64,000 nucleotides of DNA from assembly GCF_006345805.1 (NCBI RefSeq), contig NC_043004.1, positions 32,116,001-32,180,000 on the forward strand, read 5' to 3'. The stretch's first letter is position 1. Each line of letters starts with the position of its first letter. The notes under the pieces were generated by a model that worked only from the letters and a program-made list of their open reading frames with translations, did not search any database and was not told the origin of the DNA. Source of the DNA: Octopus sinensis (taxonomy: Eukaryota). Below are positions 39,898-51,685 of this stretch, piece by piece. The position numbers were made by a program, and so were the translations under genes.

Positions 39898-41929
39898 TAT
39901 AGATATTTACTATAATAGGTCGGTAGCAGTTGGATACAGTTGATAAGGCACTACCTACTGGATAAATTAATAATAAATTTAATTCTTGTTTTTCATTATT
40001 CTAGTTGTATTATCTTTCCACTGGCTGCCTGATTAACCTGATGTGAGACCAAATAATTTTTGTTATAGACTGATTTTTATTGAGTGTTTTGCATTTTTCA
40101 AGCTACAGCCAATCATAGTGTACAACACATGACAGAAATGTTAAAAATCAAGCAACGCCTATGCCTGAAGCTTTTTTTAAAGTGAGGAAATGCTTTGCTC
40201 AGAGCCAATCCCACTCTTTAAATAACACAGATCTGCAGAATGGAACATTTTGAAAACTGTTTTGATAATTGGACATTACTTTATATATTTTTGTTGTGCT
40301 AATTTGAAATATTAAAACAGCTGTTTCCTATTACCTAAGAATTTCTCACAATTTAATGATAAAATACACCAGAATTTGTTGGAAAATCCACATATGGTAG
40401 GACAAAATGAAACTACTAAAAATGAATTTGATACTTAATTGAGTGAAATAAAAATAACACAAATGCAATTGAAAGGTGAGAAAACAGAGTTTACTACAGT
40501 TCCATTCATTTTTTAAGTTCATCACCTCAAAATTTTTCTCTTTTTCATTTGGAGACTATGCCTGGAACTTTTCTTACTTGTGAGCATTTGATGGACGTTT
40601 CTAATGCACCAACCAAAAGTAGTTACCCATCATACTGACATTCCATCTTCCCTGATAACTTCTTTACACCTCCTTTATATCTCCTCACTTACATCTGCCA
40701 GATTTTCTTGCAAGAAATCCAAATGTGCATGTAGAAATTTGAATTTTAATATTCAGTTTTGTTTCTTTGTCAAAACTCTTTTGTCATACATCTTGTGACT
40801 TCTTTGGTGACACTTTATCCCATGCATTTCCTCTTGTTCAATACAGACAGAATGGACTAAGTTGAACAAGGGGAAACACATGGGATAAAGAGTCACTGAA
40901 GAAGTCACAGGAGGTGAGACAAAAAAGCTTTGACAATGAAACAAAAATAATAATTATAAAGCTGGAGTAAAGACCAAACTTATAGTGCTTGTATCTAATT
41001 GGCTAAATATGACCATCCACAAGTATAATAATATCTGTTTCAACATGATTTCACATCAAGAATCTTGTAAAACAAGTACATAAATGTGTAAAAAGAAAAT
41101 ACCTTTTAACCTAAGCAATGTGACCGTGTAAAGCGAGCCTTTCTCTCTTCACTGCTTGCAGGTAACTGAAGCTATAGAGGTACAGGCACATCTCTGTATA
41201 GCTGAATCAGTCTAGTCGTCCCCAGATGCTTATTTTCCAAAATTATGCTTATTTGTTATACTGTTATAATCTATTTAAATGTGGCAATGAAGAGTAATAA
41301 TAAAAGACAAGGGTTAAACTATGACACAATAGTAAAATGCAATGATCAATTTGGTAAGGAAACTACGTAATAGGATAATTTCTTCATAATTTTTTTAATC
41401 GGTAGATGAAAATTGATCAATTTCACACAATAAATGTGAAACAGTTTTTTGCTTGCAGACCTGTGGAGTGGATGCATCTTCTCAAAAAGAAGATCTAGTC
41501 TACCTCATTGGATGCAAATTCAGTTACTGGTGTTATATCAGAATTTTCCTTCTCCAAGAGAGATGTGTAAACAAAGACTGGGAGTGTCTCACACTCAGCT
41601 GTTGACTCTACTGAATTCTTCCACATTTGAAAGATTTTTGTATTTCATCCAGGAGGGTGTGAAATGAAAACCACCACCCTTACCAAACAGGTTTGGTAGG
41701 TTTTTACTGGGTTAACAGTAGTGTTGAGAGTGACATGACATAATATAAATGTATATATAAGGATTGGACAAAATAATGGAAACGCCTCTTTTTATTTAAC
41801 TATTTTTTCTATTCTTGTTTGTCTTTGATTTTCTTTCTCTTTACAGATATTTAAATTCAAATAAGTTCTTATGCATGACCTGTCTAATATCCAAAAAGGA
41901 CAAATTGTTTCTATTCTATTTCCTGGTTG

Positions 41930-42130
41930 ACAACTTTAGTGTTTTATATATTACGGTTCTTTTTGTTACACTGCTTGTGAGTTCCTCTGGCGGCATTAAT
42001 TTTAATGTGTTGCCCTCTTTGCCAGTCATGGTCTTTATTGATTTCTATGGGCTGAAATGTTTTGGAACTCTAAACAATGGACCTTTCATTCTCCAGTCTT
42101 CTGCATGGATGCATTCCATGTGCTGCTAGT
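41930..42130 (-). mobile_element. Possible highly decayed Tc1 transposase C-terminus
   Basis: Minus-strand cagcccatagaaatc resembles the LNPIENLW region; a Tc1-like end ggattggacaaaataatggaaac occurs at ~41761. Weak. Confidence 0.3.
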
Positions 42131-42221
42131 CATTGTTTTCATAACTTCAGGCATCTTCCTCTTCTCACTCCTTTCTTTATGTCCTTTTTTATTTATGTAT
42201 TCTGACAGCTACAAGATGAAC

Positions 42222-42266
<45 letters not shown>

Positions 42267-43239
42267 TTATCATCAGTAGCATTTAATGTCTTTTCTCCTT
42301 ATGCTGACATTTAGTTGGGTGGTTTGACAGGATCCAGTGAGTTAGAGGACCACAGTATGCACCAGTGTCTGGTTTGGCATGGTTTCTATGACTGGATGCC
42401 CTTCCAAACACCAATTGCTTAACTGAGTGTATTGTGTACTTTTCTCATTGCATTAGTACTAGTAAGGCTGCCTCACAACTTGCAAGAGTAAGAGTCTACA
42501 GGGGCTGCTATAAATGAAGGACAATAATAGATAACATGTGAAATGATTCTAGGTGGAATGATGAATGAAAGTAAAGTAAGATGAGAGGAATAGCTTGATA
42601 GTAGTGAGAGGATGGTAGTGGAGAGAGTAACAAAGTAGACAGGAAGTATGGACAGGACATTGATAGGGAAATGATTGGTGTCAGTGGTTAGTGAGAATGT
42701 ATCTTACTTCATCTGTCTATAACACTCTTTAGCCACCTCCCCCAGCATTACAAAAGGGATAGAAGAATCCAATGTTGAAAGTATTTAGGAACTTTCTTAC
42801 TGTTTTTTTAAAATCTAAAATCTAACCAAGAATAGATTAACAGCTAATCTGACAGGGATTAGTAATAACAGTCTCTGGTAAATGAGTGCTGCAAGCAGTC
42901 CAATGAGTTACATTGTTTTCTTTAATAGTATTCACACACACACAATATATATATATATATATATATATATCATCATCATCATTTAGTGTCCACTTTCCAT
43001 GCTAGCATGGGCTGGACGGTTCAACTGGGGTCTGGGAAGCCAGAAGGCTGCACCAGGCCCAGTCTAATCTGGCAATGTTTCTACGGCTGGATGCCCTTCC
43101 TAACGCCAAAGCATATATATATATATATATATATAATATATATGTATGTATATGTATATATATATATATATATGTATATAGATATATATATGTATGTGTG
43201 TGTATATATATATATATATTATTTGTATGTATATATATA

Positions 43240-43286
<47 letters not shown>

Positions 43287-43361
43287 ATATTTGTTATGTA
43301 TTGGTTTATGTCTATCACTGTTTGAGTTGCATAATAGTAGTTTTATCTCTAATTCATATTT

Positions 43362-43420
<59 letters not shown>

Positions 43421-43999
43421 ATATATATATAATATATATATAAAAGAGAGTTTGTGTATGTGTGTGTGTGTGGTGTGTGTGTGTGTATGTGTATGTGTGC
43501 GTGTGTGTGTGCAAGCATGTGTGTGTGTGTGCGCACATGTTCCTAATGCATTCCAAAACTGAGTTGCTAATTTTGACGTATGGGGTATCAAAAGATTCAG
43601 TAAGCTTTTGGCTATCAACTAAACTTTATTTTTAATCACATATTTACATTACAAAAATTTAACATTATAATTTTTCTTTTAGTCACCTATCGTAAATGAC
43701 ATTTTATACCACCACCACCACCACAACGATAATAATGTCACATTTTCTATATGAGTGTGTTCGCATGTTCGTTATGCCGATGATTGACAAGTATATGTGC
43801 ATGATGGTGTATGTGTCTATCAGTATACATATATTTGTGTGATGACTGACACACACACACACACACATGTACACACACACATCTAAAAACAGAGACACAC
43901 ACACACACACACCACACATGTACACACACACATCCAAAAACAGACAAACACACACACACACACACAACAGTGAAATGTACCGAATTTGAAACAGTTTAG

Positions 44000-44560
44000 T
44001 TTACTTGCAGCCTGGACTTTAAACGAACAACAGCATTCACTTTAAAGTACTTCCAACATGAAGATTTGGTTGATTTGACAGCACTCACAATACACCAAAA
44101 TATATCTAAAAAAAAAAAAATGTTATTCTGGTTATTATAACAAATTAGGAAACTTGGTGAAGTAGAAAACCTCAGCCGTTCTTTCAATATAATTACAGAA
44201 ATGTTATTCCACTCCTTCTTACCAATTTGAAGATAATGCTTTTTTAACAGTCCTTATCGTATTCCTGCTATGCTTTTCCGTCACTGTGAGTATCAACACC
44301 ACACAACCTTTTTATTGCGTAGTCAGTATTTATTCTACAACCTATAATGTTACACAGTTAAAAAATATATAGTAATGTCAAATTAATTTATATTTTGCTA
44401 CATACATCCTTCAGCAAATATTTTAAATTGACGTTCACAACAACAACATCTTCCTTACGATACACTTGGTTCAGCATTCGTTTCAAAATTGTAAAATAAA
44501 TTATTTTTGTATGAAAAATTGAATTACGACTTCTGAATTTTCTTGGACTTTCACTTTCTT
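44000..44560 (-). mobile_element. Possible decayed Helitron Rep remnant
   Basis: Degenerate DNA matches to the PVYRRR and LENGQRVYFT Rep motifs; multiple frameshifts. Confidence 0.35.
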
Positions 44561-44889
44561 CACCATGACATCCATTCATTCAATCGTGAATTTTATAACA
44601 TTTAGTACATGTTCCAATAAATGTTGACTTGCTGTACTTTGTCATATTGGTGATGCATAGTAACTTTTGCCAAATTGGTGACTTTCCATTTTTTATAGCA
44701 TAACTATGCAACAGAAAGTATGTTTTTCACCTATATTGACTACATTTCATTTGAACTTCATGTGTATGTTCTGCTAATTCTATGAGTGTGTATGTGTCTT
44801 TGAGTGTGTGTGTGTTTCTGTGTTCATTATGTCTATCGTAAACTATAGTAAAGAACATTTTATGCTGTTTTAATGAGCTCACGTGTAAG

Positions 44890-45170
44890 GAAGTAGCCAT
44901 CCTTATGATTGGTGATCCTCATGAAAATCATGATGTTCTCATTCGTGTTTGGGATAACAACCTTAAACATGTTCCACAGACTCATCCCTCTTATGATGCC
45001 CTCAAGTATCTTCTTATTCTGTGGAATGGACAAGATGGGGATCATTTCAATATTCCACAGATTGAACCTGCAACAGATTGAACCAGCCAATTGCAAACAA
45101 AGAAGTATCGTCAAATGACCAACTTACCAACTGATGTTAAGACCAGAACAATCAAATCAATTACACGGGT
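44890..45170 (+). mobile_element. Helitron Rep/helicase N-region remnant
   Basis: A frame not in the ORF track gives EVAILMIGDPHENHDVLIRVWDNNLKHVPQTHPSYDALKYLLILWNGQDGDHFNIPQ, matching the Helitron EVA...HxSYDxLQYPL...GxDG motif. Confidence 0.75.
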
Positions 45171-46279
45171 CAAATAAACAGTAGACCTGGCGCACAATCA
45201 CCCCCACCACCTAAGCTGACCTTTCCAATTTTTTTTCCATTTTCACTGGATTTCTATGTTATTGATGACAGAGATTCCGAATATGCAAAAAAACTGTTTC
45301 CAAAAATTTTAATTCCCCACTCCTCTCAAATTTTTGATTTTAAACTTTTTTTGAATTTTTTTTTTAATCTACATGGAAAAATATGGAGATTAAGAATATG
45401 GGGGAAAATACAAATTTTTTATGAAAAACTCCAAAATTGATCCATACCCCATCCCACTGTGTAAAAGTGTAAATAAATAGCTGTTTTGTCTGACAAGTAC
45501 TGTGGATAACAGTATCAACTAAACCTCCACCTCACAAAATCAGTGGCCTTGTGCTGAAATTAGAAACCATTGTTATTATACCTTTTTACACTCTAAGATC
45601 AAAAAGGTAAAAAAAAAAAAAGAAATTAACTGGTGGCATCTATAAGTTGGAGAAGCAAATGGATAACAATTGATGATGATGATAATGATGAACTATGTTG
45701 GATGAGAAGAACTAAATCAGCTTCAGTGGTAGTTAAAATCTGCCATCAGTAAGATACTTTACAGTCAAATAGGTCAGCAACGAACAACCAGCTGCACAAA
45801 TATACAATAAAATTAAATATTTTCCTCTTTTTTTTCTTTCTTTTTAATTGGCCTGAAATGTGAAACTTCTTTTGGTATTGATGTTAATGAAAGGAAATAG
45901 AGTGACACTGGAAATCATAACTAAGTTGTGCAACCTTCTATCAGAAGTTTACTTCCGCTGTATGATGATTGTTCATCATCATCATCATCATCATCATTAT
46001 CATTTAATGTCCCTTTTTCCCTGCTGGCATGGGTTGGATGGTTTGACTGGAACCAATGAGCCAAAGGGCTGTGCCGATCGCCAATGTTTGCTATGGCATG
46101 GTTTCTACAGCTGGATGCCCTTTCTAAGGCCAACTGCCTTACAGAGTATAGTGGTTGCTTTTTTTGTTTTTACATGGTACCAGACCTACAGAGGTCACCA
46201 AGAACTCACAAGACAGAACCCTACCAAATTGATTTCAAATTTTGTCACAAGACCTGCAAGTTTGCGGAAGGGGCTAAGT

Positions 46280-46592
46280 TGATTACATTGACCCCAGTGC
46301 TCAACTCGTACTTATCTTATTGATGCTGAAAGGATGAAAGACAAAAGGGACCTCAGTGGAATTTGAACTCAGAACATAAAGATGGACAAGATTCCGTCCG
46401 CTAAGCCTAGTGTGCTAACAATTCTGCCAGTCCACCACTTTAGTGGAATATAATATTGAAAGGTTTGAAAGTATGATAGAAGAGCAGGAATGGGTGTCAT
46501 GCTATAGAAGTGAACACATGGCTTCCCCAGTTGGAAAGAGAGAGAGAGGGAGATGGTAAGGGCTTACCTTCAAGGTACTATGAATAACTAAA

Positions 46593-46623
<31 letters not shown>

Positions 46624-47690
46624 AAGAGAGAGAGAGAAAGAGAGAGAGAATAGGGATGGAGGAACAGAAAAGGTGGGTGGGTAGGTAAGTGCACATGAGT
46701 GTATCATTAGTAATAACCCTTTCTACTATAGGCACAAGGCCTGATATTTGGGGGGAGGGGTAAGTCAGTTATATTGATCCTGAAAGGATAAAAGGCAAAG
46801 TTGATCTTGGCAGATTTTGAACTCAGAACATACAGATGAAATGTTGCTAAGCATTTGCCTGGAGTGCTAATGATTCTGCCAGCTCACACCCTTAATAATA
46901 ATGATGATAATAAAAATATACTATAATAATAATAATAATAATGATATACTGTCAGCATGGGGGATCCTTATAGCCATTGAAATGAGAAGAAAAGAGTGAA
47001 GGGTGGCTGTGCACAGGATGGGGTAGGCAGCTGAAAGTGCTTGTTGTTGGTTATGGAGCAAGAAGGAGGAGTTAAGATGGAAGTCAAAAGATGAAGAGCA
47101 GTGACTTGGCAACCTCTGCTGACCCACCAACAGGAGGGTGTTGTGGTTCAGGGCCGTAACACTCAATGTATGTTAGATACAGTCTGATGACATCGGTTCC
47201 TCTTGGCCAAAGCTCCGTTCACTTTGGTGAGAGGAAGAAAAGCACCTTCTTCTCTGTGTTATTAACATAATAATAATAATAATCGTTTCTACTATAGGCA
47301 CAAGGCCTGAAATTTGTGGGGAGGGAGTAAGTCTATAACCCTGAAAGGATGAAAGACATAGTCAACCTTGGTGGAATTTGAACTCAAAATATAAAGACAG
47401 GCAAAATACCGCTTAGCATTTTACCTGGTGTGCTAACAATTCTGCCTGCTCACCACCTTAATAATAATAATAATATACAATAATAATGATAATGATAATA
47501 ATAATCCTTTCTACAATATGCATAAGGTCTGGATCTTCTAAGGAGAGGGACAGTTGATCACATCAACCCCAGTACTCAACTCCAAGAGGATGAAAGGCAA
47601 AGTTGAACTCAGAACATTGCAGCAGACAAAATACTGCTAAGCATTTCACCTGGCATGCTAATGATTCTGCCAGCTCACTGCCTTAATTAA
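46280..47690 (-). mobile_element. Cluster of four same-orientation Meta-like SINE remnants, mostly bounded by (AAT)n
   Basis: Copies at ~46280-46440, 46720-46890, 47280-47460 and 47500-47690 share gaaaggatgaaag...gaactcagaac...ctgccag. Confidence 0.7.
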
Positions 47691-47914
47691 AATGATAATA
47701 ACAACGATGACGACGAGGGAAGAGGAGGAGGCCAGCAGTTTTGAGGTAGGAGGTTTGTTGATGTAATCAACTCAGGTACTTGATAGGTCTTTTATTTTGT
47801 TGATTTTGTAGGTAAAGTTGACTTTGGTATGATTTGAGCAAGGTATTTTGTCCAATGCTCTAATGATTCTGCCAGTAATAGTTTTTAACACGGCCCCATG
47901 GTTAAACATGTGTA

Positions 47915-48500
47915 GGCACATAAAAAAAAACACCATCCGAACGTGGCCGTTCGCCAGCCTCGTCTGGCACCTGTGTCGGTGGCACATAAAAAAAACACCA
48001 TCCGAACGTGGCCGTTCGCCAGCCTCGTCTGGCACCTGTGTCGGTGGCACATAAAAAAAACACCATCCGAGCGTGGCCGTTCGCCAGCCTCGTCTGGCAC
48101 CTGTGTCGGTGGCACATAAAAAAAACACCATCCGAACGTGGCCGTTCGCCAGCCTCGTCTGGCACCTGTGTCGGTGGCACATAAAAAAAACACCATCCGA
48201 GCATGGCCGTTCGCCAGCCTCGTCTGGCACCTGTGTCGGTGGCACATAAAAAAAACACCATCCGAACGTGGCCGTTCGCCACCTCGTCTGGCACCTGTGT
48301 CGGTGGCACATAAAAAGCACCCACTACACTCATGGAGTGGTTGGCGTTAGGAAGGGCATCCAGCTGTAGAAACACTCCCAGATCTGACTGGCCTGGTGCA
48401 GCCTTCAGGCTTCCCAGACCCCAGTTGAACCGTCCAACCCATGCTAGCATGGAAAGCGGACGTTAAACGATAATGATGATGATGATGATGATGATGATGA
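47915..48500 (+). mobile_element. RTE 3' end beginning in a 64-66-bp VNTR (6 full units), with (GAT)n tail
   Basis: gcacata anchors at 47916, 47982, 48047 and on to ~48306; the tail is near-identical to 35605-35780. Confidence 0.9.
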
Positions 48501-49560
48501 TAGGGGGTTCAGTCAATGAATCAATTTCAACATATTACAGGTACTTTATCCAGAAACATGTAAGCCAAGTCAGCCATAGTGAGGTTTGAACACAGAACAG
48601 AAAGGAAAGTAACAAAATCCTGGATAGAATTAAGCCTGGCATGTCATAGGCACATGGTCTCAGATTTATAGTTGAGGCAGAGAATGTGAATATATAACAA
48701 TTATGCCATTCCTAAAGATTATAGTAATGGAATCAAAGTAAAACAGCAACAACTAGGAATTGGATTTCAGTGTTTGAGAACTTTTTGACAATACTATAGC
48801 ATTGGTTGCCAATTACAATAATGATGATGACGACGACAACAACGATGATGGAACTTCTAAAGTAGTTCATACTTAAAGAATAAGATGGAATGTGCAATAT
48901 TGTTGCTACTGGATATTGTGATGATAGTGATGATGATGGTGGTGATGATGGTGAAGGTGATGAAGATGATGGTGGTGATGGTAACACTAGAGATGGTGGA
49001 GGTGATGATACGAATGATGGTGGTGATGATGAGGATGATGACAGGCAAAGCAGCTGAAACAAGACAGTCACATGAGCAATGAGAATAATTCTATTATAAT
49101 AGAACAAAATTAGAAACATCCAATGAATTCAGTGTATGTGATTATGTATGTGTGAATAGATATGTATGTGGATGAGTGTGTGTGTGTATATATGAGGAGG
49201 TGTGTCTATGTGTGTGAAGAGGTATGCATGTGTATGTGTGGCCAGGTGTTGTATATGTATGTGTGCATGTGTGAGAGGAGGTTATGTATGTTTCAGTGAG
49301 AGATAGTCAAGAGAAAACTGGGTCTGTAAGTAGAAAATGTGTGTGTATGTATGTATGTATGTATGTATGTATGCACCCTTGTGTATGTGTGTGTAGGTAT
49401 GTGCACGCGTGCGTTGTGTTGTGTGTGTGTGTATGTGGTGTATGTATATATGTGCCTATTTTTGAGTGTATATTCTTTATGTGCTATGTATATATGTGGG
49501 TTTTTTCTCCTCTATTGTGAATTAATTAATAATAATTTTCACAAAGTGTACATATACCGC

Positions 49561-49591
<31 letters not shown>

Positions 49592-49592
<1 letters not shown>

Positions 49593-49875
49593 ATAAAATA
49601 AAATACAAAATGGGACAAGAATACAAAACATCCAGACAACTAGGTGATACAAAAAGGGACAACAGAACATCTAGATAGACAATACAAAAAAAAAGAACGG
49701 GTCATTCAGCTGAAATTGCGAGGATGATCCAGTTCTTGACTGAAGATAAAAGGCTTCGAATGACCCATCCTTGTTTTTTTGCATCGTCTATCTGGATGTT
49801 TTGTTGTCCCTTTTTGTATCACCTAATTGTCCGGATGTTTTGCGTTCTTGTCCCATTTTGTATTTTATTTTATAT
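49592..49875. repeat. Fold-back inverted repeat (~116-bp arms, 50-nt loop) inside (TA)n
   Basis: Arm 49592-49707 is the reverse complement of arm 49758-49875 with scattered mismatches. Confidence 0.9.
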
Positions 49876-50368
49876 ATATATATAGCGGCATACATACACT
49901 TTGTCCTCTTATATATATATATATATATATATACACACGTTTTTTTTTTCGTTTTTCAATATTATTATGTATATGTGTAACTCTCTATGGCTTTTTTCTG
50001 CTAATGAAATCATTATGTTGTTCTTTACTAGGCACAGGTAGCCTTGTTTACATTGTATTTCGTCTCTACCTGTTACTATTTTTTAAACATATCTGTTAGA
50101 TTCTTATGTTATAGATTTACTGAACAAATAGACTTACATACACATTGATATGTCTTTCTTTTTCTTTTTCATCTCTCTCACTATTATTATTATTGTGTTC
50201 TCTTATATCTTATTTAATTTTTATTTTATTTTATTCTATTTCATCTTATTAAACTTTCTCGATGTTCTTCAAGATATTCCTCACACTGATGAGAATGACA
50301 ATGCATAAATTTAATAATAATTATTATGATTAAATTTTTTCTTACACATTTGCATTGTTTTTCGAAAC

Positions 50369-50775
50369 GAGTGGCTGTGTGGTAAGTAGCTTGCTTACCA
50401 ATCACATGGTTCCGGGTTCAGTCCTACTGTGTGGTACCTTGGGCAAGTGTCTTCTACTACAGCCTCGGGCCGACCAAAGCCTTGTGAGTGGATTTGGTAG
50501 ACGGAAAATGAAAGAAGCCCGTCGTATATATGTATATATATGTGTGCGTGTGTGTTTGTGTGTCTGTGTTTGTCCCCCTAGCATTGCTTGACAACCGATG
50601 CTGGTGTGTTTATGTCCCCGTTACTTAGCGGTTCGGCAAAAGAGACCGATAGAATAAGTACTGGGCTTACAAAAAGAATAAGTCCCGGGGTCGACTTGCT
50701 CGATTAAAGGCGGTGCTCCAGCATGGCCGCAGTCAAATGACTGAAACAAGTAAAAGAGTAAAAGAGAGTAAGAGT
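50369..50775 (+). mobile_element. Near full-length CORE-like tRNA-SINE
   Basis: gagtggctgtgtggtaagtagc head, ccttgggcaagt, internal microsatellite, cagtcaaatgactgaaacaagtaaaagagta tail. Confidence 0.88.
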
Positions 50776-51309
50776 ACATATACATTGAATCCAGTTTTGT
50801 AATAAATCTCTTTCTGATTCTACCTTTTTCCTCCAATTTTTTAATACTTGTTTATGGTATATTTTTATACCTATAACGAAACTCCTCAAATATTATTTTC
50901 ATATTCTTATTACTTGCTCTGGTTGATTTTTATGAATATGATGAATCTTTATTAGAAATCATTTTTTTCTCTCGTTTTGAATCCCCCCAAAATTTTGAAT
51001 TGTTCTTTTTGAACTCATTTTTTCTCATATATATAAATATGTGTGTGTATATTTGTATGTTGGTGTGTGTACGTTCCCATAACTTAGCGGTTCAGCAAAA
51101 GGAACTGATAGAATAAATGCTAGGCTTACAAAGAATAAGTTCTGGGATTGATTTGTTCAGCTAAAGGTGGTACTCCAGTATGGCTGCAGTCAAATGACTG
51201 AAACAAGTAAAAGAATAAAAGAATATGAGTGCAATTTTTCATTACCTTTAAATGGGAAAATAACATCACAGATTATTGATGTAATAATAGTGTTGTAGCA
51301 GCACAAGTG

Positions 51310-51685
51310 GAGGCGCAATGGCCCAGTGGTTAGGGCAGCGGACTTGTGGTCATAGGATCGCGATTTCGATTCCCAGACCGGGCGTTGTGAGTGTTTATTG
51401 AGCGAAAACACCTAAAGCTCTACGAGGCTCCGGCAGGGATGGTGGTGATCCTTGCTGTACTCTTTCACCACAACTTTCTCTCACTCTTACTTCCTGTTTC
51501 TGTTGTACCTGTATTTCAAAGGGCCAGCCTTGTCACTCTCTGTGTCACGCTGAATATCCCCCAAGAACTACGTTAAGAGTACACGTGTCTGTGGAGTGCT
51601 CAGCCACTTACACGTTAATTTCACGAGCAGGCTGTTCCGTTGATCGGATCAACCGGAACCCTCGTCGTCGTAACTGACGGAGTGC
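51310..51685 (+). mobile_element. tRNA-derived SINE (third family)
   Basis: A-box-like tggcccagtgg and B-box-like gtttcgattcc in a tRNA-like head followed by a unique body. Confidence 0.8.

Noticed and set aside
51310-51385. tRNA gene-like sequence (also the heads of other SINEs)
   Set aside because: It continues into a SINE body, has no proper acceptor stem or terminator, and is multi-copy.
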